A stretch of 64,000 nucleotides of DNA, from positions 15,499,375-15,563,374 of the forward strand of contig OZ316897.1 in the NCBI GenBank assembly GCA_973895155.1. Direction: 5' to 3'. Position 1 is the first letter of the stretch, and each line of letters begins with the position of its first letter. The position numbers and the translations under genes were made by a program. The DNA is from Marsupella aquatica. Its lineage: Eukaryota > Plantae > Marchantiophyta. This document shows, piece by piece, positions 48,873-61,972 of the stretch. A model generated the notes under the pieces. That model worked only from the letters and a program-made list of their open reading frames with translations, was not told where the DNA came from and ran no database searches.

Positions 48873-51864
48873 GATGGAGGGGGGCGGGGGATCAGGTGGC
48901 GGGGGAGACGAAGGGGGATCAGGTGGTGGTGGAGAGCAAGGGGGACCGTCCCAGCCATACAATGAAGTTATGAGGGACATTTTTGTGGCCAAGGCAGGGC
49001 TGAGTGTGGAGGACGCAGAGAGAGTAGTCCCACTCCTCCAAACGCTGATTGATGCCTCTCGGCGTGAGGCAGAGAAGACTGCTGCTGCAAGCATTGCAAG
49101 TGAGAAGGAGGCAAAGAAGAGGAAGAAAGAGGCAAAGAGAGGCAAGGGGGATGCAGAGGAGACACTGTCTCCAAGAAAACGAGAGAAAAAGCTTCGAAAA
49201 GAAGCTAGGGCAATTGAGAAGGTGCGATTGGAGGAGCAGAGGCGAAAGGAGGCAGAGAGAGCTCTCAATCCTGAGCTAGCTCTCAATTCGGGTGGTGGTC
49301 CATTGCCTAAGAGCTACCATCTATTCCGAAGCCAATTCAAGCAGGTGCTGAGGGCCAATTTGGGGCCACTGGATTACTGGGGCAAGAAGGAGGAAGAGAG
49401 ATTGAGAATCAGAGAGCAGGTGAAGGAACGGTTCAGGAACGGGGCCTACATTGATGACAGGTTCCTAAACAAACGAATTTCAGCATCACTCTCAGACATG
49501 CGCAATCATCAGTGAGAGAAATTCAAAAAGTACCTTGGAGATATGGCAGTGGATGCAGAGGTGATCAGGGAGGAGGGTTGTCCAGACGATGTTTCCCCGG
49601 ATGAGTGGGCGGCTTGGCTTGAGGAGGAACTCTCAGTCCGTGCCTGGCTGAAAAGAAGACATTGGGACAACAAAATTAGGCTGGCAGAGAAGAAGCGAAA
49701 GGCTGGGGAGAATGTTGATATCCTCCCCCTTCAACAGAACCTGCAACAATGGGCAGCTCAGGCAGCAAGACTCCCCAAACCACCAAGGCACATCATAGCA
49801 GCATTGGAGAGAGTGCAGGGGAGGCCAACCATCACTCACCGGATGGGGCAAGGCGGCTCCAATCGATTGAAGGCTGAGTTTGTAAGTGCCCTCCCTCTCC
49901 TCCCCACCTCGACTCCCTGATCACCTGACTCCTCGCACGAAGAATGAGTTGTTTGTGCCTTATGTCTTTTGTTTAAACCCTTTGCAAAACTCATTTTTGC
50001 TCTCGGGCCTGTTCTTTCTGATACTCATCCGATAGGTTTTGCATCGGAAGCAGCATCGGACACCGTGTCATGCCATTTTTCTTGTTACGCATCCGATAGA
50101 CGTCTGATGCAGGCTGTATCGGACTCTGAATTGGACCCCTCGGCAAAACATTTAAATTTTTGAATGAACGTACTTAACGTTAATTTTTTACTAGGGTAGA
50201 GTATAAGTTAGGGTGAACTATGGTTTAAGGTTACATTAGGGCTATGTAGGGTGGCTTGGTTTAGGGTAGGGCACGCTAATACTAGATTTGATATTAACCT
50301 GGCCTCTATGGTTTGGATCTTTAAATTTCAGGAGCGGGAGTATGGTCGCCCTATTGCGCCATTGGAGAGGAATTTGGCAAAGACGGATGGACCCCGCGCT
50401 CTAAAGCGCCACCTTGAGGATGAGTTGGGAGAGGTAAGTGTTCACCCTAGGGTGATATAATGTTTAAGGTTGTCATGAATTTGTTAGAGTTATGGTCGGG
50501 ACCATTCATTCTAACTGCAATTAAACCCTATTGCGCGGGATGAGGAGGGGTCTGGGTCGGAGGAGCTGGACTCAGATTCTGAGCAGGATGCTGAGGCAGG
50601 GTTGGGGAGGGTGCCCACAGTCACCCCTACTCCTCAGATCCGAGGTGTTGTTGCCCCATCTGGTGCCGTTGCCCCATCAGCAGGGAGGGGTGGGTCACAT
50701 GCTGCTGATGGTGTGGGCTCCCATCGCTCTGGAGCATCACGGGGTGCGGGGCCCAGGCACTCAGGGGGTAGTAGAGGTGATGGCATGGGGCCTCATTCAC
50801 AATTGGAGGACCCAAAAGGAACGTCACACTCAAAAGTGACCATAGTTTATTATGCTTTAGGATATCATTTGTAGGGTGTAATGAGATGATATAGAAAATT
50901 TGATGTACTATACTTAATAAACATCCTGTAGGTTGGTAACATTCATTAAACTATCTAGCATTTGAGATTTTGAAGCTTTCCTTATATGTCCTTCAAAGAT
51001 TGATAAAAGGACTTGTCACGCAACGGGTCACATCCTTTCAGGACTCAAAAGGACTCTAAAAAATGCATTTTAGACAATGAAATTTTACCAAAGCATGCAT
51101 ACTAATAGAATAATCTTATATTTCAAAACTCAAATATTGACACACACTAAACCTTTATGTACAGGACAAAAATAATCAGTAATTTTGGCTTATTTTGGGC
51201 CATCAATAATAGGATCCCTTAAAACAATTGAAAACTTGATTTATCTACATGGTGAGGTAGGTAACACCATGTAAAATAGTCTTGTGAAAAAATTAGACTT
51301 AAATGTCTTGAGATAAAATCATGATGGTGTTTTTTCCATGTTACAAAAGTCATTTTTCACTAAAAAAACATGTTTTTGAGTCCTGAAAGTGGTTCCTGCG
51401 AGGTACACCCAATTGTGAATGAGGTCATGGGACGAGGCGATCGCGTAGGAGTATCTGGTGCAGGTGGCCCTTCTCGACGAGGTAGTGGCGACATGCCGGA
51501 TGGTGGATCTAGAGGGCGCGCATCATCTCGTGAGTCTGGTGGGAGTACAGCACGACATGGGCCACCCACAGGATCTGTCGGCACACCATTCCATCACTCT
51601 AGCAGGTCTGCGGGAGGAGCTGAGGCGTCCTTTCACTCTGCCGTGTCGGGGGTTGGTGGGACATCTACCTTGCCTGACCACCCTAGCGGTGCATCTAGTG
51701 GGTCAGGGTCTAGGCCTGCATCAGGCCAACCCATGCCATCTGGTGAGCAGGTGGCTGCCACGGTTGTGGGCAGCCAGAGGGAGGAGGGCTCTCATGATGC
51801 TAGACCTGTACCCACCCTTCGTTCTCACCCAAAGAAGAAGAAGGGATGCAACACACCTTTTTAG
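48873..51864 (+). pseudogene. TnpA-like gene of CACTA-2, spliced, disrupted
   Basis: Homolog of 31248-33297; in-frame TGA at 49513; GTAAGT donor at 49882; Gly/Ser-rich last exon split by the 50789 insertion. Confidence 0.6.
50789..51426. mobile_element. Non-autonomous TIR element (638 bp), 4-bp TSD (Sola-like)
   Basis: TIR ggcctcattcacaattgg / ccaattgtgaatgaggtc; TSD ATGG (50785-50788 / 51427-51430). Confidence 0.88.
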
Positions 51865-52857
51865 AGGTTAGTTGCATTTAGGTGGTCGGGTATCTAGTGC
51901 TAGACAGCTTTGATTAGACACTCACTCGGAGGTACCTTGTATATAGCTCAGTGTAGTCTCTAGTCAAAGCTCTCTTTACATCTTCTATCGTGCCATCACG
52001 ACCAGGATGGGTCTACCCAGTAGGCCTAATCCATTTTGTACATATTGGGGTGATCCCCTTTTTGAATATGATATTTTGACCTCGTGTTTATAGCATTATC
52101 TTTGGTTCCTAATTGGTGCATGTCACCTTCAACCCTAAACCAATACCCAAACCCCCAAAAAACCACCCATGAAACCTTGTATTCCACCCCCAGAACATTT
52201 GATAATCCGTTGCAAGTCCGTTACCATCCGTATCGGTAATATAGCAGTGTCCGATGCTGCTGCCTTCGAACTTTCCCATCCCCAACGCATCGGACCCCTC
52301 CTTCAAGGTTCCCATCTTAAATATATCGGATAGTCCGATACAAAAAGTAATGCACTTTCTGTTATTATAAATAACGCAATGTCCGATACAAATTCCTTCG
52401 CAAATTGCCATGTCAAATATATCGGACATACCGATACAAATTACTCGCAAATTGCCATGTCAAATATATCGGACATACCGATTTAAATAGTATCGGACAT
52501 AGGAAATCGTCGTGTGCCGTCGCGTGTTAGTTATCCGATTCATTTTACAACGGACATAAAATATCCGTAACACGTTACAACGGAACGTCCGTTGTCAAAA
52601 ATATCGGAAAGTCCGATGGAAGTCCGATGGTCGATATGTGATGGTTTGTGCATCGCAAAGTGCGTTGGGAATTGCATCGGATGATAGAAATTTTTGCGTC
52701 AATTTTCCTGAAGGGATCCGATGTAAATCCTATCGAATAAAGGCCCAAAAATGTACTAGTGTCTCCACTCGGGGTGTCTCATCGGTGTAGCATCTGATTG
52801 AGTGTCTCTCATGTTTCCGCATTGCTGTCTAGTCCGGAGCCGATGGTTTCTTACAAG

Positions 52858-52869
52858 TGGTATCAGAGC
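52858..52869 (+). other. Primer binding site (tRNA-iMet) of the Copia
   Basis: tggtatcagagc 2 nt after the LTR end. Confidence 0.93.
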
Positions 52870-54408
52870 CTCGTGTTTGTGGTTCGGTGGCCTGGGCAGT
52901 GGTGAGAGCGTTTCGTTGTGTTGGATCGAGGTGGAAGATTGAATCGTCGTCGACGGTTGCGTGATCATTTCACTGGTCGTTTTGCGTTAATAGTTTCGTG
53001 TTTGAAAATGGTGACGGTTTTCCGATTGAAGCTTCATCGTGAAGTATCGGATGTGTCACAATGTGTCTAAGAAAACTTTCGGGAGGACAGTCCGGCAATT
53101 TATTGTGCGCATCGACGAGCACTACGTCGCGGTGGAAGTTTCACAACGTTTCATCCGGCGAGTGTGGAACAATCTTATCTTATGTATTGCTCGTTTAAGT
53201 GCTTGGAACTCTCGACTATGGCTCTTAGTGGTTAGATGAATCACTTGTGGGGTCGTCGGGGGTGCTTTTTTCTTCGTAAAAAGGTCGTGTCTTGTGGGGC
53301 AGTTGTTGCAATTTTCTACTCTTTCGTATACTCATTGTGGTCGCCGCACGCAACCTTATACGGCGCGTCGGAAGGTATTCCCTGGCGCGTACGTGGCTCC
53401 CTTCCCACGGGAGCTCTTGGCACGAGGCCCTAAGGAGGCGTAGCCCAAGGCGGCTTGTGTAGGTACGATTGTACCTACAGGTACAGTCTTAAAGTAAGAG
53501 GGGAGGGGGAGTTTGTATCTCCATCCTCTCAGGAGCTCTTTAATAGGGCACAAGGCCCTGTGCAGGTACGTAAAGGTGGGGGCACAAGGCCCAAAGAGCT
53601 TTGAAGAGGAGGAGAGGGGCAGTGAGGCACTCCCTTCTCTTGGGGGCATTTAACCTGGGCACAAGGCCCTAAGTACTTAAGGAGTGGACGGGAGGAGAAT
53701 TTAATTCCCTCTTTTTTGGGAGATTTTAAAAGGGGCTCTAAGCCCTATGATGAGCCAGGAGGGCTCGGAAGCACTTTAAGGAGGAGCTTAGGGGGCGCGA
53801 GGCCCTATGCTCTTGGCAACAGGTGGCGCGAGGGGGACAAATGTGTGAACGAGAATTTTTTTGTGGAAGTCTGTGGGGCGAGTACCTCCGGTGACTTTTA
53901 CACAGAAAACATCTGTTTTTCTTTTCACGCATTGGGGTTTCTTTTGAGCCGGACACATGTCATTACTGGGTGCCTTCTTCTGTAAAATTCGACTGTACTT
54001 TGATTCCCTCCAAAAGATACTTTTCCAGAGAGCTGATTTTTGGCCAAAAATTCCAATTTCGGCAGTCGTCGAGGAAGAATTTTTCCTTAAGACTTTGCAA
54101 GGGGATGCTCAAGGGAGTTGAGCACGGGCCTGTGAAATCGATTTGCAGTTAACTATTGCAGAATTTTTTCGGGACCTAAGATACCCGTCGGGGGTCAAAA
54201 CGGCCATTTTGACCCACCTCCGGTCCGGGTTGAATAAGTTTTCGCTGAAGAAGTTTTTTTGTCAAATTGTTTTTAGATCTTGGCAGTGTACCTTGCAGGC
54301 TACGCGGCGGTGCATTCCATTTCCACTTTCACCAACTTTCATTTTTTGGTGAATTTTTGGGTGGAGGTATTTTGGTTGTGTGTTTCCTGTGTGTTTGTAG
54401 CAGCATCA

Positions 54409-57400
54409 ATGACTTCAAGAAAGCTTGCGGCGCCGAAGTTGGAGGTGGAGAAGTTTGATGGGAAGGTCAGCTTCAGCCTCTGGACTTGGAAGGTGACCAA
54501 CGTGTTGATCCAACAGGGTCTTGAGAAGACCCTTACTGGAGTGAAACCCTCAAATCTAACAGATGAGGAGTGGGAGGACATGTCGGTGCAGGCGTGTAGC
54601 ACAATTGAGTTGTTCTTGGCAAACAACATTCTCAAGAACGTGTTGGGAATGGATCGTAACGCCAAGAAGATCTGGGATATGCTTACTCAACTCTACCAGA
54701 GTACTTCGTTGACTACTTGCATTTATCACTTGGAGCGGCTGTTCAGGTTGAAGTTGAAGGATGGTGGCAACATGCGTGATCACCTCAGTCTCTTCGATGA
54801 GATTGTGCACGAGGTGGTCACGGCAGGAGACAAGTTGACCGATGAGTATCTTGCAATGCATTTGTTGATGTCGCTTCCTCAGAGCTATTCGACGTTGGTG
54901 ACGGTCATCACACATGACAAGTCTATGTTGAAGCTGGATGAGGTAAAGGCTACCATTCTTGTAGAATGGGGCAAGCGACAACTTTTTGGCCGTGACAATG
55001 ACTGTGCTGCCTTAGTGGTTAGAGGTAGATCGACAGAGTGTACTACGGATTAGTCTAGATCTAAATCACACAGTAGATCTAAATCTAAGTCCCGTAGTAA
55101 GAAAGTTCAGTGTTGGCATTGCCATGAGAAGGGCCACACCAAGTGGAATTGTCCTTCTCTGTCAAAGCAGAAGCGTCCTGCTTCCAATGGTGCGTCCTCA
55201 TCGTCAGCTGGTATTGTGATTGCTGACAATGAGGATGCTGCTGAAGTGCTATGTATTGGTGCTGTGAATTCAGTGTATGACAATAAATGGATGTTGGATT
55301 CGGGTTCCTCTTATCATGTGTGTCCAACGCAATCGTATTTCTCCACTTACCAACCTTGTACCGGTACTGTGGAAATCGGAAATGGAGTCCGATGTGCGAT
55401 TGTTGGCATGGGGACTATCAAATTCCGGATGTTTGATGGTGTTGTGCGAGCACTGACGCAAGTTAGACACATACCATACATCTCTAAGAATTTGATTTCT
55501 CTTGGTGCTTTGGAAGCTGGTGGATCTCATTTCACCGCACGTGATGGTGCGCTCTTTGTCGTCAAAGATGATGTATCTTTGATTAAGGCGCTACGGCACA
55601 ATAATTTGTACATCTTGGAAGGAGATGTCATTGCTCCTAGAGTGGAGCATGTGGATTCTGTGGTGGAACGGTCGGATGCAACGGCAACATCTGCTATAGA
55701 ATCATCTACGGCTGCTTCAATTGAAGCACCCTCAACATCTGGTCGCACACAAGCCATAGATTTGTGGCATGCACGGTTGGGGCACTTGAGTGGTAAAGGA
55801 TTGGCAGCCTTGGCAAACAGAGAATTGCTGCAAGGCGCTCAATCTGGTAAACTCTCTTTCTATGAAGATTGCATCTTCGGCAAGCAGAGGAGAGTGACTT
55901 TCAGTTCTAGTTCATACCATTCTCATGAGATTCTTGAGTATGTACATTCGGATGTCTGGGGTCCAGCATCGGAGCCGTCGTTGGGTGGAGCCAGATATTT
56001 TGTGACGTTTGTAGATCATTACTCTCGAATGTGCTGGTTGTACTACATGAAGGAGAAGTCTCAAGTCTTTGAGATTTTCAAGGAGTGGAAAGCCATGGTA
56101 GAGCTACAAACTGGGAAGGAGTTGAAGTCTCGGTTGAAGTGTGTTCGGTCCGATAACGGTGGCGAGTATAAGTCCAATGAGTTTGATCAATTTGGTCGGG
56201 ACCTTGGCCTCAAGCGTCATTACACTATACCGGAGACCCCGCAACAGAATAAAGTTGCAGAACGGTTGAATCGGACATTACTGGAGAAAGCACGCAGCAT
56301 GCTATGTAAGTCCAAGTTGCCAACAACTTTTGGGCTGAAGCTGTCAACCAAGCTGCATACGTCTATAATCTATCACCGCACAGTAGTAAGTTGATGCAGA
56401 CTCCATTTGAGTTGTGGTATAAGAGACCTGCTGATTACTCTAGACTCCGAGTTTTTGGTTGTGCTGCCTATGTTCACATTGAGCAGACACACAGGTCTAA
56501 GTTGGATCCCAAGTCTAAGAAATGTATTTTTCTAGGCTTTAGTCCTGGGCAGAAGGGCTATAAATTGTGGGATCCTATCGATTGCAAAGCAGTTGTGAGC
56601 ATAAATGTTGTTTTTGACGAAGAATGGTTGTCAAGACCCCGGGATATTCAGGAGGAACAGGTGGAGGAACCCACTACGGTGGAGCTTGGTGGTGATGAGG
56701 AAACTGCTGGTCCCTCTGGTAGAGGTGCAGTTCCTTAACCAAGGCGCTCCACCAGGGCCAATTTTGGCCAACCCCCTGATAGATTTAGTTTTGCAGATCC
56801 TCGTGTTCACGTTGTTGAACATGAAGATGATCCCGGTGTTGTTTTGCTTACTGAAGATGGAGACCCCTCTAGCTATGAAGACGCTATGGCCTCTCCAGAG
56901 AAGGATAAGTGGATGGAGGCAATGTTGAAGGAGATAAAATGTTTGAAGAAGAATTCAACTTGGCGCTTAACTGACATGCCTTGCGGGAAGACACTGGTTC
57001 CGTGTAGATGGTTGTACAAGAAGAAGCAGGATGGCACTTACAAGGCACGCCTTGTGGCCAAAGGATACACCCAAAAGGAGGGCTTGGACTACACGGAGAT
57101 TTTCTCACCAGTTGTCAAACTCGCCACTATCCGTGTTTTACTTGCGATTGTGGCATTCTATGATCTTGAGTTAGATCAGATGGATGTAATTACTGCTTTC
57201 CTGCATGGATTGCTTGATGTGGAGATTTATATGACTCAGCCTCCAGGTTTTATTCACGAGAAGACCAGACACTTGGTGTGTAAGCTCTTGCGCTCGTTAT
57301 ACAGATTGAAGCAGAGTCCCAGACAGTGGAATAAGTGTTTTGATTCCTTCATGTTATCTTAGGGGTTCACACAAAGTGAACATGATTGTTGTATTTACAT

Positions 57401-58776
57401 GAAGGAGGTGGAGAATTACTCACGCTTTGGTTACATTGTGCTGGCATTGTACGTGGATGACATGTTGATCCTAGCTGAGAATAAGTCTGATGTTGCCCAT
57501 CTGAAAGCAATGCTGAGTAAGGAGTTTTCAATGAAGGACTTGGGTCAGGCCAAGATAATACTAGGGATGGAGATTCATCGTGACAGGGAGCAAAGGCAAT
57601 TATGGTTGTCTCATAGGCAGTATTTAGAGAAGGTACTTGCCAAGTATGGAATGGAGAATGCAAAACCAGTTGGTACTCCATTGGCTTCTCACTTTAAACT
57701 CTCAAAGAATGATTGCCCTTCTAGTGCTCAAGAGTGATAGATTGGCGATGAAACATGTTCCCTATGATAGTGTTGTGGGTAGTTTGATGTATGCGATGAC
57801 ATGCACTAGACCTGACATTGCCCATGCTGTTAGCATTTTGAGCAGATTTATGGCAAATCCTGGTAAGCTTCACTGGGAAGCAGTGAAGTGGGTTTTGCGG
57901 TATCTGAAAGGTACCTTAGATTGTGGGATCTTATTTGACGGTAAAACAGACTCTACATTAGAGTTGGAAGGTTTTGTAGATTCAGATTATGCTGGTCACT
58001 TGGATAACAGGAAGTCTACTACAGGCTATGTGTTTATGTTGGGTGGAGGTTGTATCAGCTAGAAGTCAGCAACTCAATCTTGTGTTGCGTTGTCTACTGC
58101 TGAGGCTGAGTACATGGGTGCATGTGAGGCAACCAAGGAGCTGATCTGGCTACGGAGATTGGTGAGTGATCTAGGTCTTTCACCTGAAAGACCGGTGCTG
58201 CTGTGTGACAGCTCGGGGGGGTCACTATATGGAGGGTCATACATCGCGTGCGACGTTTTAGGGTTTGACCCCCCTAACTTTAAAGTGAAAAATATTTTTT
58301 TGCAAAGCCCTTTCTTTCTTAAAATTTTGTCATTTTTTATTAAAAAACCCCTAAAAACTTTATAGAAAGTATTTTTTGCAATTAAATAGGCCTATGTGTT
58401 CTTTAAATTCGACCAATCAATAAAACATGCCCTATGTGTTCTTCCACCAAACTTTGGAAGTCTTCCGCCACACCCATTTAAATGGGCCTATACTTCGTCG
58501 CACGTGATGTGTCACTTCCGTGGAAGTGACCCCCCCGAGTGTGACAGTCAAAGTGCTTTGCATCTGGCTAAGAACCCTGTGTTCCATGCCAGGACAAAGC
58601 ACATTGATATTCGTTATCACTTCATCCGTGAGGTGATTGAGACGAAGTAGATATTTCTAGAGAAGGTGGCTTCAGAGGAGAATGCGGCAGACATGCTTAC
58701 CAAAGTTTTACCTACCAGTAGCTTTAGTCATTGTGTGGATATTATTAATGTTAGGGCCAAACCGGAGACTATGTAG
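54409..58776 (+). pseudogene. Copia gag-pol (gag, PR, INT, RT, RNase H) with stops and frameshifts
   Basis: [81 protein letters not shown]. Confidence 0.96.
58212..58539. mobile_element. MITE, CTCGGGGG-TIR family (328 bp) in Copia RNase H
   Basis: ctcgggggggtcact / agtgacccccccgag, 8-bp TSD TGTGACAG. Confidence 0.95.
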
Positions 58777-58848
58777 ATAGTTACTTATGTATAGTTACAT
58801 ATTGTATATCACCTGACTCATTGTGTGAATTGGAGTCAAGGTGGAGAT

Positions 58849-59145
58849 TGTTAGGAATTGACTCGAGTTCCCGACTTAGTTTACTTAGTTTGGCCTTACT
58901 AGGGTTAGTTAACCCTGGATTACATTAGGATAAGATCCGCTTTGTTAGGCCCACTCATCTTGGCCCCCTTGGGGAGTATAGGCTGGAGGGAGAGAACTCT
59001 CTCCCTCATTCTTCACATGTACTCTCATTTGCTATGGAGCCTTCAGGAGTTTCTCCACTCGGGGTGTCTCGTCGGTGTAGCGTCTGATTGAGTGTCTCTC
59101 ATGTTTCCGCATTGCTGTCTAGTCCGGAGCCAACGGTTTCTTACA
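58849..59145 (+). repeat. Copia 3' LTR
   Basis: Matches the rebuilt 5' LTR with about 6 transitions by eye. Confidence 0.97.
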
Positions 59146-59440
59146 CCCACCAGGTTTTACCATTGACAATTGGCATGAGCATGCATACTACAGAGTTGAT
59201 TGGCACACTGATGACTCACACTTGGGCTACATTCCACTTGATTTGCATGGTGCCCATACACCTATGGCTCACCACTGTGTGTTGAAAGAAGTGCACACAG
59301 CTACCTATGTCAATCACTCATTGCAGGATTGGATTGAGGAGGATGACGATGAGGTGGCTGTTGCACATATAGCAGCACTTTCCAGCAACATGGATCATCA
59401 ACCAGAGGTGGTATAACGGCTCCAAGCAGCCCACGGACCT

Positions 59441-60470
59441 TTGGTGGCTGCATTGCGCAAATTTAAGGACCTTGGGCAGCACAATGGACAACCAATAGCC
59501 CCAATCTTGAGCGCACCAGTTACATGGACTCCTCCTCCGGATGGCCTTACATTGCTTGAGCTTTTTGGTGGCATTTCTACATGCCTGGAAGCTCTTCTAC
59601 AGTCTGGCATGGTGGTGAAGTAGTACATCTACATGGATATTGATCCAGGTGCAAGGCAAGTGGCTAAATCCCATCTATTGGAATTTTCAGAGCAATTTTC
59701 CCAGCAATTTCCACACAGTGCATGGAAGTTTGCCTTTTCTTTCTTCCCTCCAGATATCCAGCTTGTCCAGTACCGGCACTTAACCCTTCTTGGCTCCCTT
59801 GATTTGATCATAGCTGATTGGGAATGCCAAGGATTTTTAGCTACTGGTCACGGTGCTGGATTGCATGATTCTTGTTCTGGCCTTTTCATAGCATTGGTTC
59901 AGATTCTCACCTGGGCTTAGGCCCTCTACCTTGCTGTTGGTTACATCATTGAGAATACTCCATCTCAGTTTGACCAACGTCCACAGGTCAAAGAGGATTT
60001 CAGTGTGGTCCAACACTACTTGGGACCACCCCTTCTCATTGATGCAGTGCACTTGTGTGGTGAAGAGCTAACTCAGCAAGGAAGGTGGTGCAAGGTTAGT
60101 CCAAAAGTTACAAAGATGATGTGCATAAGACCCACAGTGGACCAGATTTTGGATCCTGACAGTTCTTGCCAACCCATTACACAGCAAGAGCTAGCCCCTT
60201 GGTATCCAGCCAATACCATTGGACAGCCCCGTGCTGCTTGGCCTACATTTGTGTCCTTTCCAGGTGCACATGCTTTTCAAGGTGATGGTCCAGGCCTGGC
60301 TTATCAACATTCTACCGGTACATGGGATGAACCTAGTCCTGAGGAGAGAGAACGTGCTATGGGCTTCCAATCCGGTACTATAGGCCACACCAAAATCACC
60401 AGGCTGGCCAGGAATGCTTTACTTGGCAGGGTAATGGATCTTAATGCTCTCACTTGGCTTCTGGTCACTT
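59441..60470 (+). pseudogene. C5 cytosine DNA methyltransferase domain within Gypsy pol
   Basis: Motif I LLELFGGI, II MDID, IV LIIADWECQGF, VI IIENTP, IX-X ERERAMGF...LLGRVMD; in-frame TAG stops; motif VIII region replaced. Confidence 0.82.
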
Positions 60471-60829
60471 GCATCCTTTTTCAGATGTACATTCATCCAG
60501 CATCAGGAGTTCCAGCCCTACCACTCCATGGTGCTCCTCCATGGTTGAGACCAGGTGCACTTACCTCTATTCAACACTCACCGCTTCAGTCCAAGTGTTG
60601 GGGGGGAGGAGGTCCCTTGTAATGTGGCTGATATTATTTCCAAGTTTCATGGTGTGGATCAGACCAGAGCAACAGATACAACAGGCCTTGGAGAGGCCTC
60701 ATCACCTTATTAGCAGCATGCTAGCAGCTTGGACAGTGAAGAGGCTCTAAGCACTTCTGGTTCTTCAAGCACGAGTACATCAGGTCCTATTCCTGGTGTT
60801 GCCAACTACACATTCATCATGGGCAACCA

Positions 60830-61934
60830 CGTGAGTAAAAGACAGAAGGACCAGCTGCTGAATTTGCTCCTCAAGCATGAAAATGTGTTTGCTTTCTCTA
60901 TGAAGGACTTGGGTAAGTGCAAGACCATGCAATTCTCCATTGAGTTGGCTAATGAAACACCTATCTTTAGGCGGAGACATCGTTTGAGTAAGCATGAGTG
61001 GCAGCTGGTGGATGAGAGGTGCCAAGAGTTATATGAAGCTGGTCTTATTCAACCATCTACATCAGATTTTGTAGCAGCTACAGTGATGCCAACAAAGAAG
61101 GATTCCAGTCGATTGTGGATAGAGAAGCGCAGCCATGTGTGGGGACTACAGGCCACTGAACCTGGTCACACCCCAGGACAGACCCTGGGCCCTCACTCCG
61201 TGTAAAAGTAGTGGACCCCCCTGCGATCGGGCCCTTTTCGTGTTTACCCCTTGTTATTTCCATTTTACCATTAAAAGTTCCCTTATTATCGATAATAATT
61301 ATAATTATTAGTTCAAAATGAATAAAAACTACCCTTTGAGCGTTCGCACGTCCTCCATGTATTAGTTAAGACTGAGGGCCCAGGGAGGACCGGTACCCCA
61401 TGCCAAGGCTAGAGGAGCTATTTGACAGCATTGGAGACTCAGACATCTTCACTCTTGTGAATCTAAGGCAAGGCTTTAACCAGATTTTGCTGCTTGCAAA
61501 GGACCGCAAGAAAATAGCTTTCCATGGTAGTAACCAACTATGGGAGTGGTTGGTGATGCCATTTGGCTTGAAGAATGCGCCCATATTCTTTCAAAGAGTC
61601 ATGGACCAGGTTCTTCAAGGTGTTGAGTTTATGAAATGCTACATTGATGATATGTTGGTCCATAGCAAAGGATTTGACCAGCATCTACCTGACCTTGAGG
61701 AGCTATTCATGAGGCTTAAGAAGGTGAACCTAAAGATACACCCCAAGAAGTGTAAATTTGTTGTCAGATCAGTAGTATACCTTGGGCACCGCATTCTTCC
61801 AAATGGAACCATGGCTCACGTACTGGGCCACGGTGGTATCCATCTTGGAAATGCCCACTCCTACCGATGTTCACACTTTGAGGAGTTTTATTGGGTTGTG
61901 CAATTACTACCGGATCTACATCAAAGATTTCAGT
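60830..61934 (+). pseudogene. Gypsy reverse transcriptase, disrupted
   Basis: AGLIQPSTS, DYRPLN..TPQD|RYPMP, MPFGLKNAP, YIDDML, KCKF..YLGH, LRSFIGLCNYYR. Confidence 0.92.
61183..61385. mobile_element. MITE, CCCTGGGCCC-TIR family (203 bp)
   Basis: ccctgggccctca / tgagggcccaggg; near-identical to 39804-40006; degenerate 8-bp TSD aggacaga/aggaccgg. Confidence 0.92.
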
Positions 61935-61972
61935 CTCGGGGGGTCACTATATGAAGGGTCATACATCACGTG
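61935..61972. mobile_element. Left end of a CTCGGGGG-family MITE, interrupted
   Basis: ctcggggggtcactatatgaagggtcatacatcacgtg matches the start of the 58212 element, then similarity stops. Confidence 0.85.

Larger units (their letters stand above)
42664..52761 (-). mobile_element. CACTA transposon CACTA-2 with SET-domain cargo, inserted in the Copia 5' LTR
   Basis: cactagtacatttt...aaaatgtactagtg TIR, TSD TCT, subterminal tccgat/atcgga repeats. Confidence 0.96.
42458..59145 (+). mobile_element. Ty1/Copia LTR retrotransposon (Tnt1-like), full length, decayed
   Basis: 297-bp LTRs TG..CA (5' LTR split 42458-42663 + 52765-52855; 3' LTR 58849-59145), TSD CCCAC, PBS tggtatcagagc, PPT aaggtggaga. 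Confidence 0.97.
16703..61934 (+). mobile_element. Ty3/Gypsy LTR retrotransposon carrying a C5 DNA methyltransferase; host of the nest, 3' part runs out of window
   Basis: Removing TSD-bounded insertions rejoins gag (AHR|YLRALEGTPALHSQV|LQQVF...EASIA|RPPRSR), Zn knuckles at ~40908-41015, protease (42187, LFP|PGFTIDNW), DNMT (59441-60470) and RT (YIDD). Confidence 0.85.
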
